DNA of 64,000 nucleotides from NCBI GenBank assembly GCA_963804165.1, contig CAWDPO010000046.1:355720-419719 (forward strand), in the 5' to 3' direction. A model generated the notes under the pieces. It saw nothing but the letters and a program-made list of their open reading frames with translations. It had not been told where the DNA came from and made no database searches. Positions 1 through 9,358 of the stretch are shown piece by piece. This stretch comes from an uncultured delta proteobacterium. GTDB taxonomy: Bacteria > Desulfobacterota > Binatia > UBA9968. The first letter of the stretch is position 1. Each line of letters begins with the position of its first letter. A program made the position numbers and the translations under genes.

Positions 1-905
1 TTCCACAGCGCGGGGTGGTAGCGCTGCTCGATAATCTCCAGCGCTTTATTGTATCCCGAAGAAATAAACGTGCCGCCCGATTCGCCCTTGTGAAAAAATT
101 CTTCCTCCGTCACTTCATGGGCCTCGGTATGATGCGCAATAAAGACGATCTCGACATTTTGATAACGCGTGCAGAGGAACTGGTACAGCAGAAAGAAGAA
201 ACTGCGCGCGAGGTATTTTTTCATCGTGTCCATGGATCCGGACGTGTCCATGATGCAGAGAACGACAGCGTTGGATTCATTGCGCGTGTCGGTGATCGTG
301 TGGTGGTAGCGTAGATCGTCTTCGTGAAATGGAAAGCGTTGCGGCTGCGCGGCGCCGGGATGATGTTTGATCGAGGCCTTCTTGCGCTTGACGCGCGAAC
401 GAGCGGTGCGTTTTTTATCCAAACGCACGCGGATTCCTTTGCGGCGAAATCCTTTCTGGCGGAACTGACGTTCGATCTCGATCTGGCGCAGCCGTTTTCG
501 TTCGATGTCGGGCAATTCCAAATCTTCGAACATCAAATCGATCAGCTCATCGAGGCTGACGTCGGTTTCGTAGTAGTCGACGCCGGGACGGTCGCCGGCT
601 TGATGACCGGATTTGCCGTCTTTGCCCTGTCCGACGACGTCCCCGGGCCTGGGCTCGCCGTCACCGCCTTGACCGACTCCGGGGGCGTTCTCGCCGTAGA
701 TGAAGCGGTATTCCTTAACGCCGCGGATGGGGACCTTAATAATCCGGTTCTTGTCTTTGCCGATGATGGATTCTTCGGCGATGATATCGGCGATGTTATT
801 GCGGATCGCTTCGCGAACCTTCTGCCGGTGGCGCAGGCGATCGCTGGCGCTGCGATCGCTGCGCTGGCCGGATGATGAATTGTACGGGCGAAAGATCGTG
901 GACAA
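1..905 (-). CDS. yeaH: YeaH/YhbH (DUF444) family protein, runs off the window start
   Basis: Hand translation from TTG at 905 gives LSTIFRPYNSSSGQRSDRSASDRLRHRQKVREAIRNNIADIIAEESII...IKVPIRGVKEYRFIYG, a typical DUF444 N-terminus; lies directly downstream of prkA. Not in the ORF track because there is no stop inside the window. Confidence 0.88.
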   Translation of the reverse strand, partial: MSTIFRPYNSSSGQRSDRSASDRLRHRQKVREAIRNNIADIIAEESIIGKDKNRIIKVPIRGVKEYRFIYGENAPGVGQGGDGEPRPGDVVGQGKDGKSGHQAGDRPGVDYYETDVSLDELIDLMFEDLELPDIERKRLRQIEIERQFRQKGFRRKGIRVRLDKKRTARSRVKRKKASIKHHPGAAQPQRFPFHEDDLRYHHTITDTRNESNAVVLCIMDTSGSMDTMKKYLARSFFFLLYQFLCTRYQNVEIVFIAHHTEAHEVTEEEFFHKGESGGTFISSGYNKALEIIEQRYHPALW

Positions 906-952
906 CGGGTTACCCGAAAAGCGTTTGGCCGTGGGTCAACTAGAACGCTCCG

Positions 953-2887
953 CTAGTCCTTCCACAAGTTATTGGCCGCGTACTTGAGCACGACGTCGAC
1001 GCAACTGGGGCAGTACCCATGCTCGAGCAGAGTCTTGACCATGGCGTCGTATTTCTCCGACTGTTCTTCGTCGCGCATGCGCGCTTTGGTGATCACGCGG
1101 CTCAAATCGCGCACCGAGGTGATGAGCTTCTTTTCGATGGCTTCTTTCAAAGGCTCGTAGCTTCGATAGTCGATCTTTTCGCCACGCCGGTTAGCGGCCC
1201 ACAGGTAGGCGATCACTTCCTGTCGGAACCCATCCGCGGCCGAGCCGATGATGGCAATCTGCTCCTCGATCGACTTCATGAAACCTTCGTCGGGCGCCAG
1301 CTCTTCCTTGGTATTACGATCTTTGACTTTGCTCTTGTTGACGTAGGCTTCCGCGTGATCGAGATAGTTTTGGAACAACGCCTCGGCCTGTTCTTGATAC
1401 GAATACACAAAGGCGCGGGTGATCTCCTTTTCGAGGATTTCCAGGTATTCCTTATGGAGCGTATCCTGCAGGAACTCCAGATATTGCTTTCGAGTGTCGT
1501 CCGGCATGTCCGCTTCTTTGACCATGTTGATGAATGCTTCGCGCACGTTGATCGGATTGATGCAGTTGCCCGCATGGTTATCCGAGAGGGCATTGTCCAG
1601 AGCTTTCATGATAAAGCGCGTGGAAATCCCCGACATGCCTTCCCGCTTACTGCTGTCGCGCAGCTCTTGAACGTCGACTTTTTTGGTCCGGCCTTTTTCG
1701 ATGACTTCTTCGCCGTTGTAGAGCTTGAGTTTCGTCATCAAGTCGCATTTGTTGGTCGGCTCGAGGCGCGAAAGGATGGCGAACATGGAAGCGACTTCCA
1801 GGGTGTGCGGCGCGACGTGGGCGCGAAAATCGGAGTTGCGGATGATCTTTTGATAGATTTTAACTTCCTCGGAAAGTCTCAAGTTGTACGGCACCCGGAC
1901 CACGACGATGCGATCAAGGATCGCTTCGTTGGTGTGATCCGCTTTAAACTTTTGCCATTCCGCTTCGTTCGAGTGCGCCACGATCACGGTGTCAACGTAC
2001 ACCAGGCCGTGACGACCCGGCGCCGGCACCACTTTTTCCTGGGTCGCGGTGATCATGCAATGGAGGTATTCGATCTCGTTCTTGAAGACTTCGATAAACT
2101 CGACGAGACCACGGTTGCCGATATTGAGCGCGCCGTTCAACTCCAGCACCCGGGGGTCGCCTTCAGAATAAAGATCCAGCTTCGAAATGTCTTCACTGCC
2201 GATCAACACCGAAGTGTCCTGGTTGTTCGGGTCGACGGGCGGCACTACGCCGATGCCGACTCGCGAACGCTTGGAAAATTCCGCCGTGCAGACCGGAAAC
2301 TCCTCATATTTGCCGCCGTACTCGTGAACGAGTTTGTAACGGCAGACCGGACAAAGATCGCCCTCGACGTGGACGCCGAGCATTTTTTCAAATTCCTTGC
2401 GCAAGTGGCGCGGAATCAAATGCAAGGGCTCTTCGAACATCGGACAACCTTCGATGGCATAGAAGGGATCGCTCTCCTCGAGACCGCGATGCAGCTTCTC
2501 CACCAGCGAACTCTTGCCCGAGCCCACCGGGCCCATCAAATAGAGCACCTGACGGCTCTCTTCGCCCTTGAGCGATGCGGCGTGAAAATAACGGACGATT
2601 TGCGAAAGTGTTTTTTCGATTCCGAAGAATTCATCGTTGAAAAAATCAAACAGCTTGATGGACTCGTCTTTGTACAACCTTTTGACGTGGGGATCGCTAT
2701 TTTCATGAATGTCACGAACGCCGGATTTCATGATCGTGTCGTACGTCCGAGCATGGGAGAGCTTGGCGATCGTCGGGTCGGCCTTGACCTTCTCGAGATA
2801 GCCGAGCAAATTTCCGCGCCAGGAACGAGACTGATGTAGGTCGCGATCTTTCTTAATGAGCGCTTCGAATTCCTTATTGTGATCCAT
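953..2887 (-). CDS. prkA: PrkA/YeaG family AAA+ serine protein kinase
   Basis: 644 aa; Walker A GPVGSGKS, GCPMFEEPLHLIP, DPNNQDTSVLIG, NRGLVEFIEVFK and EGMSGISTRF motifs. Confidence 0.95.
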   Translation of the reverse strand: MDHNKEFEALIKKDRDLHQSRSWRGNLLGYLEKVKADPTIAKLSHARTYDTIMKSGVRDIHENSDPHVKRLYKDESIKLFDFFNDEFFGIEKTLSQIVRYFHAASLKGEESRQVLYLMGPVGSGKSSLVEKLHRGLEESDPFYAIEGCPMFEEPLHLIPRHLRKEFEKMLGVHVEGDLCPVCRYKLVHEYGGKYEEFPVCTAEFSKRSRVGIGVVPPVDPNNQDTSVLIGSEDISKLDLYSEGDPRVLELNGALNIGNRGLVEFIEVFKNEIEYLHCMITATQEKVVPAPGRHGLVYVDTVIVAHSNEAEWQKFKADHTNEAILDRIVVVRVPYNLRLSEEVKIYQKIIRNSDFRAHVAPHTLEVASMFAILSRLEPTNKCDLMTKLKLYNGEEVIEKGRTKKVDVQELRDSSKREGMSGISTRFIMKALDNALSDNHAGNCINPINVREAFINMVKEADMPDDTRKQYLEFLQDTLHKEYLEILEKEITRAFVYSYQEQAEALFQNYLDHAEAYVNKSKVKDRNTKEELAPDEGFMKSIEEQIAIIGSAADGFRQEVIAYLWAANRRGEKIDYRSYEPLKEAIEKKLITSVRDLSRVITKARMRDEEQSEKYDAMVKTLLEHGYCPSCVDVVLKYAANNLWKD

Positions 2888-3367
2888 TCCAGCAGCCTCC
2901 GTTTTCCGTATTGCTATGGGCAGTTATGGGTTCGCACATGCTCCCGCCAGGGAGCGCAAGGACGATGAAAATCGCCGTGAGGAGTGGATGCGGTCTATGA
3001 GATGCGATACGAGCGCGGGCGAAATTTTTGATCTCGTGCATCACCTTGCGCAAGGAAGTTGACAAACGATAAACGCGGAAGCGGGGTTAGACGGGGTCGA
3101 ACACCGGATGTCTCTTAAGGCTTGCATGCGACCTCCTTCAAGCCGTCTGTCGTCCGTCATGAATCATAAAACAATAACCTATTCTTCCATACATGGCGTC
3201 TATAGCTCTATTGCACCCCAAATTCCCGCTGAAGTCAAGAAAATTCACCTGCGGCTTCAAAACGCAGTTCCCGGTGAAACATGACATGATTTCTCATGCG
3301 CATGATTGTCTGATAAACTCCATGGTTGCTTGATCCAAGCAACGCTGCAGTCACAATAATAATTCCG

Positions 3368-3892
3368 ATGCGACAAGAATCTTTGCAAATCGAGCCCGGC
3401 CTAAAATGGTATGCAATCCAGACTAAGGTGAACCGGGAGAAGGATGTGGGGAAACGGCTTACCGATTTTCATTTGGAAGTTTTCTTGCCGTGGCTGCGCA
3501 CGCGGCGGCGGATCGGCAGCCGGTTTCACTGGGTGCTGGCGCCGCTGTTCCCGGGTTACGTGTTTTGCCGACTCGATATGGTCCTCTCGGGTAAGGCGGC
3601 GCGCTACTCCCCCGGCGTGAAGGATTTTCTAAAGTTCGGCAGCCGCGTCGCGGAAGTGGATGAAAGTATCATCGAAGTCTTGCGCCAACGATGTCCGGGA
3701 GGCGTCGCGCAGTTCGAGCCGATCAATGTCCAGCCTGGCGATACCGTGCGCATCAACGAGGGACCGTTCTCCGGGCTCGAGGCGATCTTCGAACAAAAAC
3801 TCAAAGGCAGCGAACGCGTTGCGGTCTTGCTGGAAATTCTCGGTCGCCAGACTCGTATCGTTCTTCCGAGCGAGACCATTGCGAAGATTTAG
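3368..3892 (+). CDS. NusG paralog antiterminator (RfaH/UpxY-like)
   Basis: WYAIQTK..., PLFPGYVF NGN motif and C-terminal KOW (GDTVRINEGPFSGLEAIF...ERVAVLLEILGR); ATG at 3368 preferred. Confidence 0.9.
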   Translation: MRQESLQIEPGLKWYAIQTKVNREKDVGKRLTDFHLEVFLPWLRTRRRIGSRFHWVLAPLFPGYVFCRLDMVLSGKAARYSPGVKDFLKFGSRVAEVDESIIEVLRQRCPGGVAQFEPINVQPGDTVRINEGPFSGLEAIFEQKLKGSERVAVLLEILGRQTRIVLPSETIAKI

Positions 3893-4097
3893 CGTTCACG
3901 TGATCTTTCCTTAGTAGCCGGGCATGATCCACCTCTATTCGCCCGCGCGGCCGCAACAGCGAGTTTGAAATTCGCTCTTACGACTCGAGCGCGCCTGGTT
4001 CGGATGCCGCTGCTTGCGCGGGTCGTTATCTTGACAGCGTTCGACTTCGCTTGATAAAGCCCCAGAGAATGACATCGATCTTGCGAGGAGGAGTCCC

Positions 4098-6584
4098 ATG
4101 GGTCATCAGACCTGGCAACGATACTTGCTCCTGACACTCACGGGGCTCTTCGGACTCTTGCTCATCGGCGAAACGTTTCTTTCGTCCAGTCGATGGATCA
4201 ATCAACCCTTTCCCGGATTCTTCATCCATGAAAATTTGACGGTTGGTCCTTACTTCGTGCCCGGCTGGACGGGCACCACCGCCGGGTTGCAATCGCTGGA
4301 TCGAGTCGTAACCGCCGCGGGCCGTCCCGTGCGGAATCGCATGGAAATGTATGACCTAGTCCGTCGCACTCCCATCGGCACGGCCATTCAATATCAGGTG
4401 ATGCGCGATTCGCAGCTGCGCGAATACGCGGTTGCGACGATGAATTTTACCTTCCGCGACTGGTTGCTCAGCTTCGGTATTTACATTGCCATCGGTCTGG
4501 CGTTTCTGGTCATCGGCGTAGCGCCGTATTTTTACCGCGCGTCTTCCCCTGTGGCCCTGCCGTTATGCTTCATGGTCCTGGCGGTTTTTGTTTGGTTCCA
4601 GACCACCTTCGATTTCATGACGGAGGCGCTGCTGCCGAAGGAGTTGCGCATCTTCGCGCTGTCGCTGACCCCGAGCGCGGCGATCCATTTGGCATTGCTG
4701 CTGCGCGCCGGCAGCGCGCGGCCGGCGCCGCGTCCGCGCTTGATCGCGGTGGTCTATGGAATCGGGCTGGCGCTGGGAGCAGTGCACAGCATGACTTATT
4801 TCGGTCCACTCGAAACCTGGATCAGTAATTTTCAAGCCGGTTATATTTACGTCTGCATCGGCGCCTCGAGTTTTCTGTTGATTACCGCAAACGCCCTGCG
4901 CCGCAGCGACTCCGACCTCGAACGGTCGCGATTGCGCGTCATGTTCGTCGGCGCGCTCTTGGGATTTTTGCTTCCCGCGCTAGCGACGGTGCTGACGAGC
5001 TCGTATCAAATTCAGATCCCCTACAATCTCGCTCTGATACCGACGATCTTCTTTCCCATTTCCGTGGCTTACGCTCTGCTCAAGTATAGTCTCTTCGATC
5101 TCGGCAACGCTTTGCGGGTGGGTTTGAGCCGCATTGCGCTGTTGGCGTTGTTGGTCGCGATCTACGCGGTCATCGCGTTCCTGGTGGCGCCGTGGATCGG
5201 CGATTACGCCAAAGATCCGCTGGTGCCGATCTTTTTCTCAGTTCTCGTGATTGCCTTGTTCAATCCCTTGCTGCGCTGGCTCGAGGGAGTGGTCGACCGT
5301 TATATTTTTCGTCAGGACTATGATCCCGCCCGAGTGCAAGAGGAGATTAGTCTTTATCTTCGCACCCTCGATTCGGCGGGATCGTTGGCCAAGGGTTTCA
5401 TCGATCGAGTCACCCAAGCTCTCGGAATCGGCAGCGCCATCGTTATTTATCGGGCGAAAGAATCTCTCGAATATTTGGCCGTGGCGACCGAGTCGATGTC
5501 GCCGGGCATCGACTCGGTGCTCGTCGAGGCCAATGCCATTTGCGATATCTGGTCTTCTCCGGACTACCGGGGCGTGGCCCGCGCCGAAGTGACGACCCAT
5601 CCACGCTACCGGGAGAGACGGGACCAGGTGCTGGCGATTTTTGCCCGCTGCAACGCCGAGCTGCTGATCCCGCTGGTGTACGAGCGGCAAGTGCGTGGCG
5701 CCGTGGCATTCAGCGCCAAACGCACGCGCCAGGAGTATAGCGCGGAAGATTTCCGCCTGTTGGGAACGCTCACCGACCAATTGGCTTTGTCGCTCGAAAA
5801 TGGCCGGCTCTATGAAGAGTCGATCCAGGCCTATCATCGGGTCGAAGCCAGCAATCGGAAACTGATCGAAATGGACCGTATCAAGAAGGATTTTGTCGCC
5901 AACATTTGCCACGAGCTGCGCACGCCGGTCAGTACCATCATCGGTTATGGCGAGGTTTTGCGTGATCCGAATTTCACGGGCGACGCGCGCAACATGCTCA
6001 ATCAGCTCGTTAACAACGGGCAAGAGTTGTCGAGTCTCATGGACAACCTGATGAATTTTTCGCGCATGGAGGCTGACGGCCCGTCGGCGCAATTCGAAAT
6101 CGTCAAACTCAGGGAAGTCTTTGCCGGCCTGGAAGTGATGACCCGGCGGCTGATTCGCGAGCGCCCGATCGAGTTTGGCATTCATCTGGAGTCCGCGGTC
6201 GATACCATTGAAAGCGACGGCCAAAAGCTGCAGCAGATCTTAGTCCAGCTCGTGACGAATGCGCTTAAGTTTACCGAGAAGGGGCGCATTGAACTGTCGA
6301 TCCGCAAGCACCAGGAGGCGGGTCAGGAGCTCGTGGAAATCGCCGTCACCGATACCGGCATCGGCATCAAGCGCGAAGACCAAGAACTTATTTTCGAGGA
6401 TTTTCGCCAGCTCGACGGCTCCTCGACCCGGCAATACGGCGGTACGGGGTTGGGGCTGGGACTTTGTAAGAGACTCGCGGCCGCGCTCGGTGGAAATCTC
6501 AGCGTCGCTAGCGAAATCGGCGTCGGCAGTGTGTTCAGTCTATTCCTGCCGATCCGATTTTCCGAGCCGGCGGCTGGGCAATAG
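4098..6584 (+). CDS. Membrane sensor histidine kinase (PDZ-like, multi-TM, GAF, HisKA, HATPase)
   Basis: AGGAGG RBS; H-box HELRTP, N-box NALKFT, DTGIGI, GGTGLGL; PDZ-like segment GLQSLDRVVTAAGRPV. Confidence 0.9.
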   Translation: MGHQTWQRYLLLTLTGLFGLLLIGETFLSSSRWINQPFPGFFIHENLTVGPYFVPGWTGTTAGLQSLDRVVTAAGRPVRNRMEMYDLVRRTPIGTAIQYQVMRDSQLREYAVATMNFTFRDWLLSFGIYIAIGLAFLVIGVAPYFYRASSPVALPLCFMVLAVFVWFQTTFDFMTEALLPKELRIFALSLTPSAAIHLALLLRAGSARPAPRPRLIAVVYGIGLALGAVHSMTYFGPLETWISNFQAGYIYVCIGASSFLLITANALRRSDSDLERSRLRVMFVGALLGFLLPALATVLTSSYQIQIPYNLALIPTIFFPISVAYALLKYSLFDLGNALRVGLSRIALLALLVAIYAVIAFLVAPWIGDYAKDPLVPIFFSVLVIALFNPLLRWLEGVVDRYIFRQDYDPARVQEEISLYLRTLDSAGSLAKGFIDRVTQALGIGSAIVIYRAKESLEYLAVATESMSPGIDSVLVEANAICDIWSSPDYRGVARAEVTTHPRYRERRDQVLAIFARCNAELLIPLVYERQVRGAVAFSAKRTRQEYSAEDFRLLGTLTDQLALSLENGRLYEESIQAYHRVEASNRKLIEMDRIKKDFVANICHELRTPVSTIIGYGEVLRDPNFTGDARNMLNQLVNNGQELSSLMDNLMNFSRMEADGPSAQFEIVKLREVFAGLEVMTRRLIRERPIEFGIHLESAVDTIESDGQKLQQILVQLVTNALKFTEKGRIELSIRKHQEAGQELVEIAVTDTGIGIKREDQELIFEDFRQLDGSSTRQYGGTGLGLGLCKRLAAALGGNLSVASEIGVGSVFSLFLPIRFSEPAAGQ

Positions 6585-6676
6585 CCGAGAAACCGGGGCA
6601 ACCGATTGCTCCTGTAATTAGGCGCTACACGTGTGCTAGATTATCGCTAGTCTATCCGAAGGAGGACTCGCAGCTT

Positions 6677-7390
6677 ATGCCGCAATTGCGCCAACTGGTC
6701 ATCGCCGCCGAAAATCCCGGCCATCTATCGGCGTTTTACCAAGATGTATTCGAACTGGAGAAAATCGACGAAACGAAGGGTGCGGTTTTTTTATCCGACG
6801 GTGTTTTCAACCTGGCGTTGGTGAGCGAGCCCGATGCACAGAAACAGGGATTGAGACATCTCAGCTTCGACACGGTGCGCGTCGAGTCGATGGGCAAGAA
6901 ACTCGCCAATGCCGGCGTTGCGGAATCGAGCTTGATGCAAGTGGACACGGTGACCGGGATGGAATTCGAGCTCCGCGATCCCGACGGCAACACGGTCGGC
7001 GTTTGCCGGCGAGCTTTCGACGTCGCCTACGAGCAGCGTCCGGTGCCGATTCGCCATATCGCGCTCTACACGCCGAATCCGCAGCGCATGGCGGACTTTT
7101 ACTGCAAGGCTCTCGACATGAAGGAGGTCGAAAAGACCGACCGCTCGTCGATCTTCGTGTCCGACGGATATTTCAATCTGGCGCTTTTGTATCAGCGCAA
7201 AGAAGAGCCGATGGGTCTCAATCATTTTGGTTTTCACGTCAAGAGCAACGAAGAGATGCAAGCTCGCGCGGAGAAGGCGGGCGTGCGGCGCGGCGCGGCA
7301 CGGCCGGAGCGAATTCCCTTCGCCGAATATCGCGTTCACGATCCGGAGGGCAACGGCATCGATATTTCACAGAAAGGTTGGCGGGTTTAA
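6677..7390 (+). CDS. Tandem VOC/glyoxalase family protein
   Basis: Two repeats with SDG(V/Y)FNLAL, H(L/F)(S/G)F and DPxGN motifs. Confidence 0.88.
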   Translation: MPQLRQLVIAAENPGHLSAFYQDVFELEKIDETKGAVFLSDGVFNLALVSEPDAQKQGLRHLSFDTVRVESMGKKLANAGVAESSLMQVDTVTGMEFELRDPDGNTVGVCRRAFDVAYEQRPVPIRHIALYTPNPQRMADFYCKALDMKEVEKTDRSSIFVSDGYFNLALLYQRKEEPMGLNHFGFHVKSNEEMQARAEKAGVRRGAARPERIPFAEYRVHDPEGNGIDISQKGWRV

Positions 7391-7400
7391 ATTAAGAAAA

Positions 7401-7486
7401 TCGTTCCAATCGTTTCAATCGTTCCAGATGTTCCATTTGTTCCGACATAATTGGAACGATTGGAACTTATGGAACGGTTGGAACTA
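7401..7486. repeat. 9-bp-periodic imperfect palindrome (GTTCCAAtc units, then TTGGAACga units)
   Basis: Five forward units at 7401-7445, a CATAA loop, four reverse units at 7451-7486; intergenic. Confidence 0.85.
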
Positions 7487-7497
7487 TCTTTTGCCCT

Positions 7498-8145
7498 ATG
7501 AACAGCGAAGACTTTCTCAACGAGATCCTCGCGCCGGTGCATGAATTTTGCCGATCGCTCGACGGTCATCCACCCGCCTATAGCTACATTCCGTTGCGCT
7601 CGGATAAGGAACGCATTCGCGTGATGCAAAGCCGGTTGTTTAACGAACTGCGCGCCGCGGATCTGTTTGGCACGTGGCTGAAGACCACGCCCGAGTTGGA
7701 TGTCAAAGCGACGATGGCGGAGTCGGCGCACGAAGAAATGGTTCATGCGCAAATTTTATCCAAGCGCATCCGCGATCTCGGCGCGGAGCCTTTCGACTAT
7801 AAGCCGCTGCCGGCGCAGATCGCTATGTTCAATGCGATGGAAGGGCTCAACGACACCTGCGAGCGCATCGCGGGCCTCTCCCTCGCCGGCGAGACCGTGG
7901 CGAATTATTTGATCCAGATGTGTCTCAAGTCGCCTGATGTTCCCGAGTGGATCAAGCAACCATATCGGCGTATCACCGAGGACGAAGAAGGGCACGGCAG
8001 CGTGCCGCAACAATTTCTCAAGCGCTACGCAACGACCGAGGATCGGCAAGACCGCGTGCGCCGCGCCGTGGCGATGCGCATGGTGCTGTTCCGCGAATAT
8101 CTCGCCAGTTTGGACCGCTGGGCGATGGGCAAGGATCGCTGGTAG
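7498..8145 (+). CDS. Ferritin-like diiron domain protein
   Basis: Two ExxH motifs (EEMVH, EEGH) in a 215-aa helical protein. Confidence 0.75.
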   Translation: MNSEDFLNEILAPVHEFCRSLDGHPPAYSYIPLRSDKERIRVMQSRLFNELRAADLFGTWLKTTPELDVKATMAESAHEEMVHAQILSKRIRDLGAEPFDYKPLPAQIAMFNAMEGLNDTCERIAGLSLAGETVANYLIQMCLKSPDVPEWIKQPYRRITEDEEGHGSVPQQFLKRYATTEDRQDRVRRAVAMRMVLFREYLASLDRWAMGKDRW

Positions 8146-8312
8146 TTTTTCCATTCATAACTCGTGTCCCTTGAGTTCTTGAATCTAGGAGCCAAGATGA
8201 GCCGCGTCCGACGTAAAACGGATTGCGCGTTCGGAATTCCGCCCGACAATTTTTTCCTTGAAGAAACGCTGTCATCCTCGTACTATCCGAATCAATTTTT
8301 GAGGAGGAGCAT

Positions 8313-9248
8313 ATGAAGCTACTTTTTTTTGATGATTTTAAGTTGGGCGTGCTGAAAGGCGACGCCGTGGTGGATGTGTCGGAGTTGGTCCGCGCCATCC
8401 CGCACACCGGACCGCATAATTTGATCAGCGGGCTGATCGAGCATTTCGGCGACTACCGAAGCGCGCTGGAGAAGGCGGCCTCGTCGGGCAAGGGCGTGCC
8501 CCTTGCCAGCGTACGCATCCGGCCACCGTTGCCAAAGCCGGTGAACATTGACTGTATGGCGGTGAATTACATGGAGGACGGCACGCGCAAGGAAGCGGCG
8601 CCGATCAACGCGTTTCACAAGTCGCCGAACTGTGTGATCGGCGACGGCGACACCATGGTGTTGCCCGACGTGCCCGCGACCATCTTCGAGGGCGAAGCCG
8701 AGATGGCTCTGGTGATCGGCAAGCACGCCGCCAATGTGCCCGCGGCCGAGGCGATGGAATATGTTTTTGGTTACGTTAATTTTATCGACGGTTCGGCGCG
8801 TGGCTTGCCGCCGTCGGGCAATACGTTCTACCAGATGAAGTCGCGCGACACCTTCGGTCCGATGGGTCCGTACCTCGTCACCGCTGACGAGATAAAAGAC
8901 CCGCTCAATCTTCAGGTGCGTCTGTGGGTCAATGGCACGCTGATGCAGAACTACAACACCAGCGACATGGCGCACAAAATCCCGCGCTGCATCGAATGGG
9001 TGAGCTCGATCCATCCGCTCGAGCCGGGCGATGTACTCGCCTGCGGCACGAATCACCGCGGTCTCAACCCTTTTCAAGACGGCGACCTGGTCGAGCTCGA
9101 AAACGAACCGCTCGGTCGCCTGCACGTGAAGATCCGCGACGATCTCAAGCGCACGTGGGCGCGAGAGACACGGCTGCAGCGACAGGAGAAAGGGCTTGAA
9201 GGTTTCACGCCGCAGCTGACCGGCAAGCATGCCAAGGGAAACGCATGA
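8313..9248 (+). CDS. Fumarylacetoacetate hydrolase family protein
   Basis: FEGEAEMALVIGK, KSRDTFGPMGP and LEPGDVLACGT motifs; GAGGAGG RBS. Confidence 0.92.
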   Translation: MKLLFFDDFKLGVLKGDAVVDVSELVRAIPHTGPHNLISGLIEHFGDYRSALEKAASSGKGVPLASVRIRPPLPKPVNIDCMAVNYMEDGTRKEAAPINAFHKSPNCVIGDGDTMVLPDVPATIFEGEAEMALVIGKHAANVPAAEAMEYVFGYVNFIDGSARGLPPSGNTFYQMKSRDTFGPMGPYLVTADEIKDPLNLQVRLWVNGTLMQNYNTSDMAHKIPRCIEWVSSIHPLEPGDVLACGTNHRGLNPFQDGDLVELENEPLGRLHVKIRDDLKRTWARETRLQRQEKGLEGFTPQLTGKHAKGNA

Positions 9249-9358
9249 AAACGCGCGGCGCGTGAGTTCCGAGAATCGTGCTTGTGGTTCGCGTTCGTAG
9301 CAAAGGCGATTGGAGCCAACGCCGGGACGGAGCGCGACAAAATTACGGGAGGGATCGA

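Noticed and set aside
1019-2839. Long antisense ORFs (also 32413-33921, 45313-46476, 8319-9230, 324-875)
   Set aside because: They mirror well-supported genes on the other strand, as expected from GC-rich codon bias.
7401-7486. 9-bp repeats as a CRISPR array
   Set aside because: Units are far too short, there are no unique spacers, and no cas genes are present.
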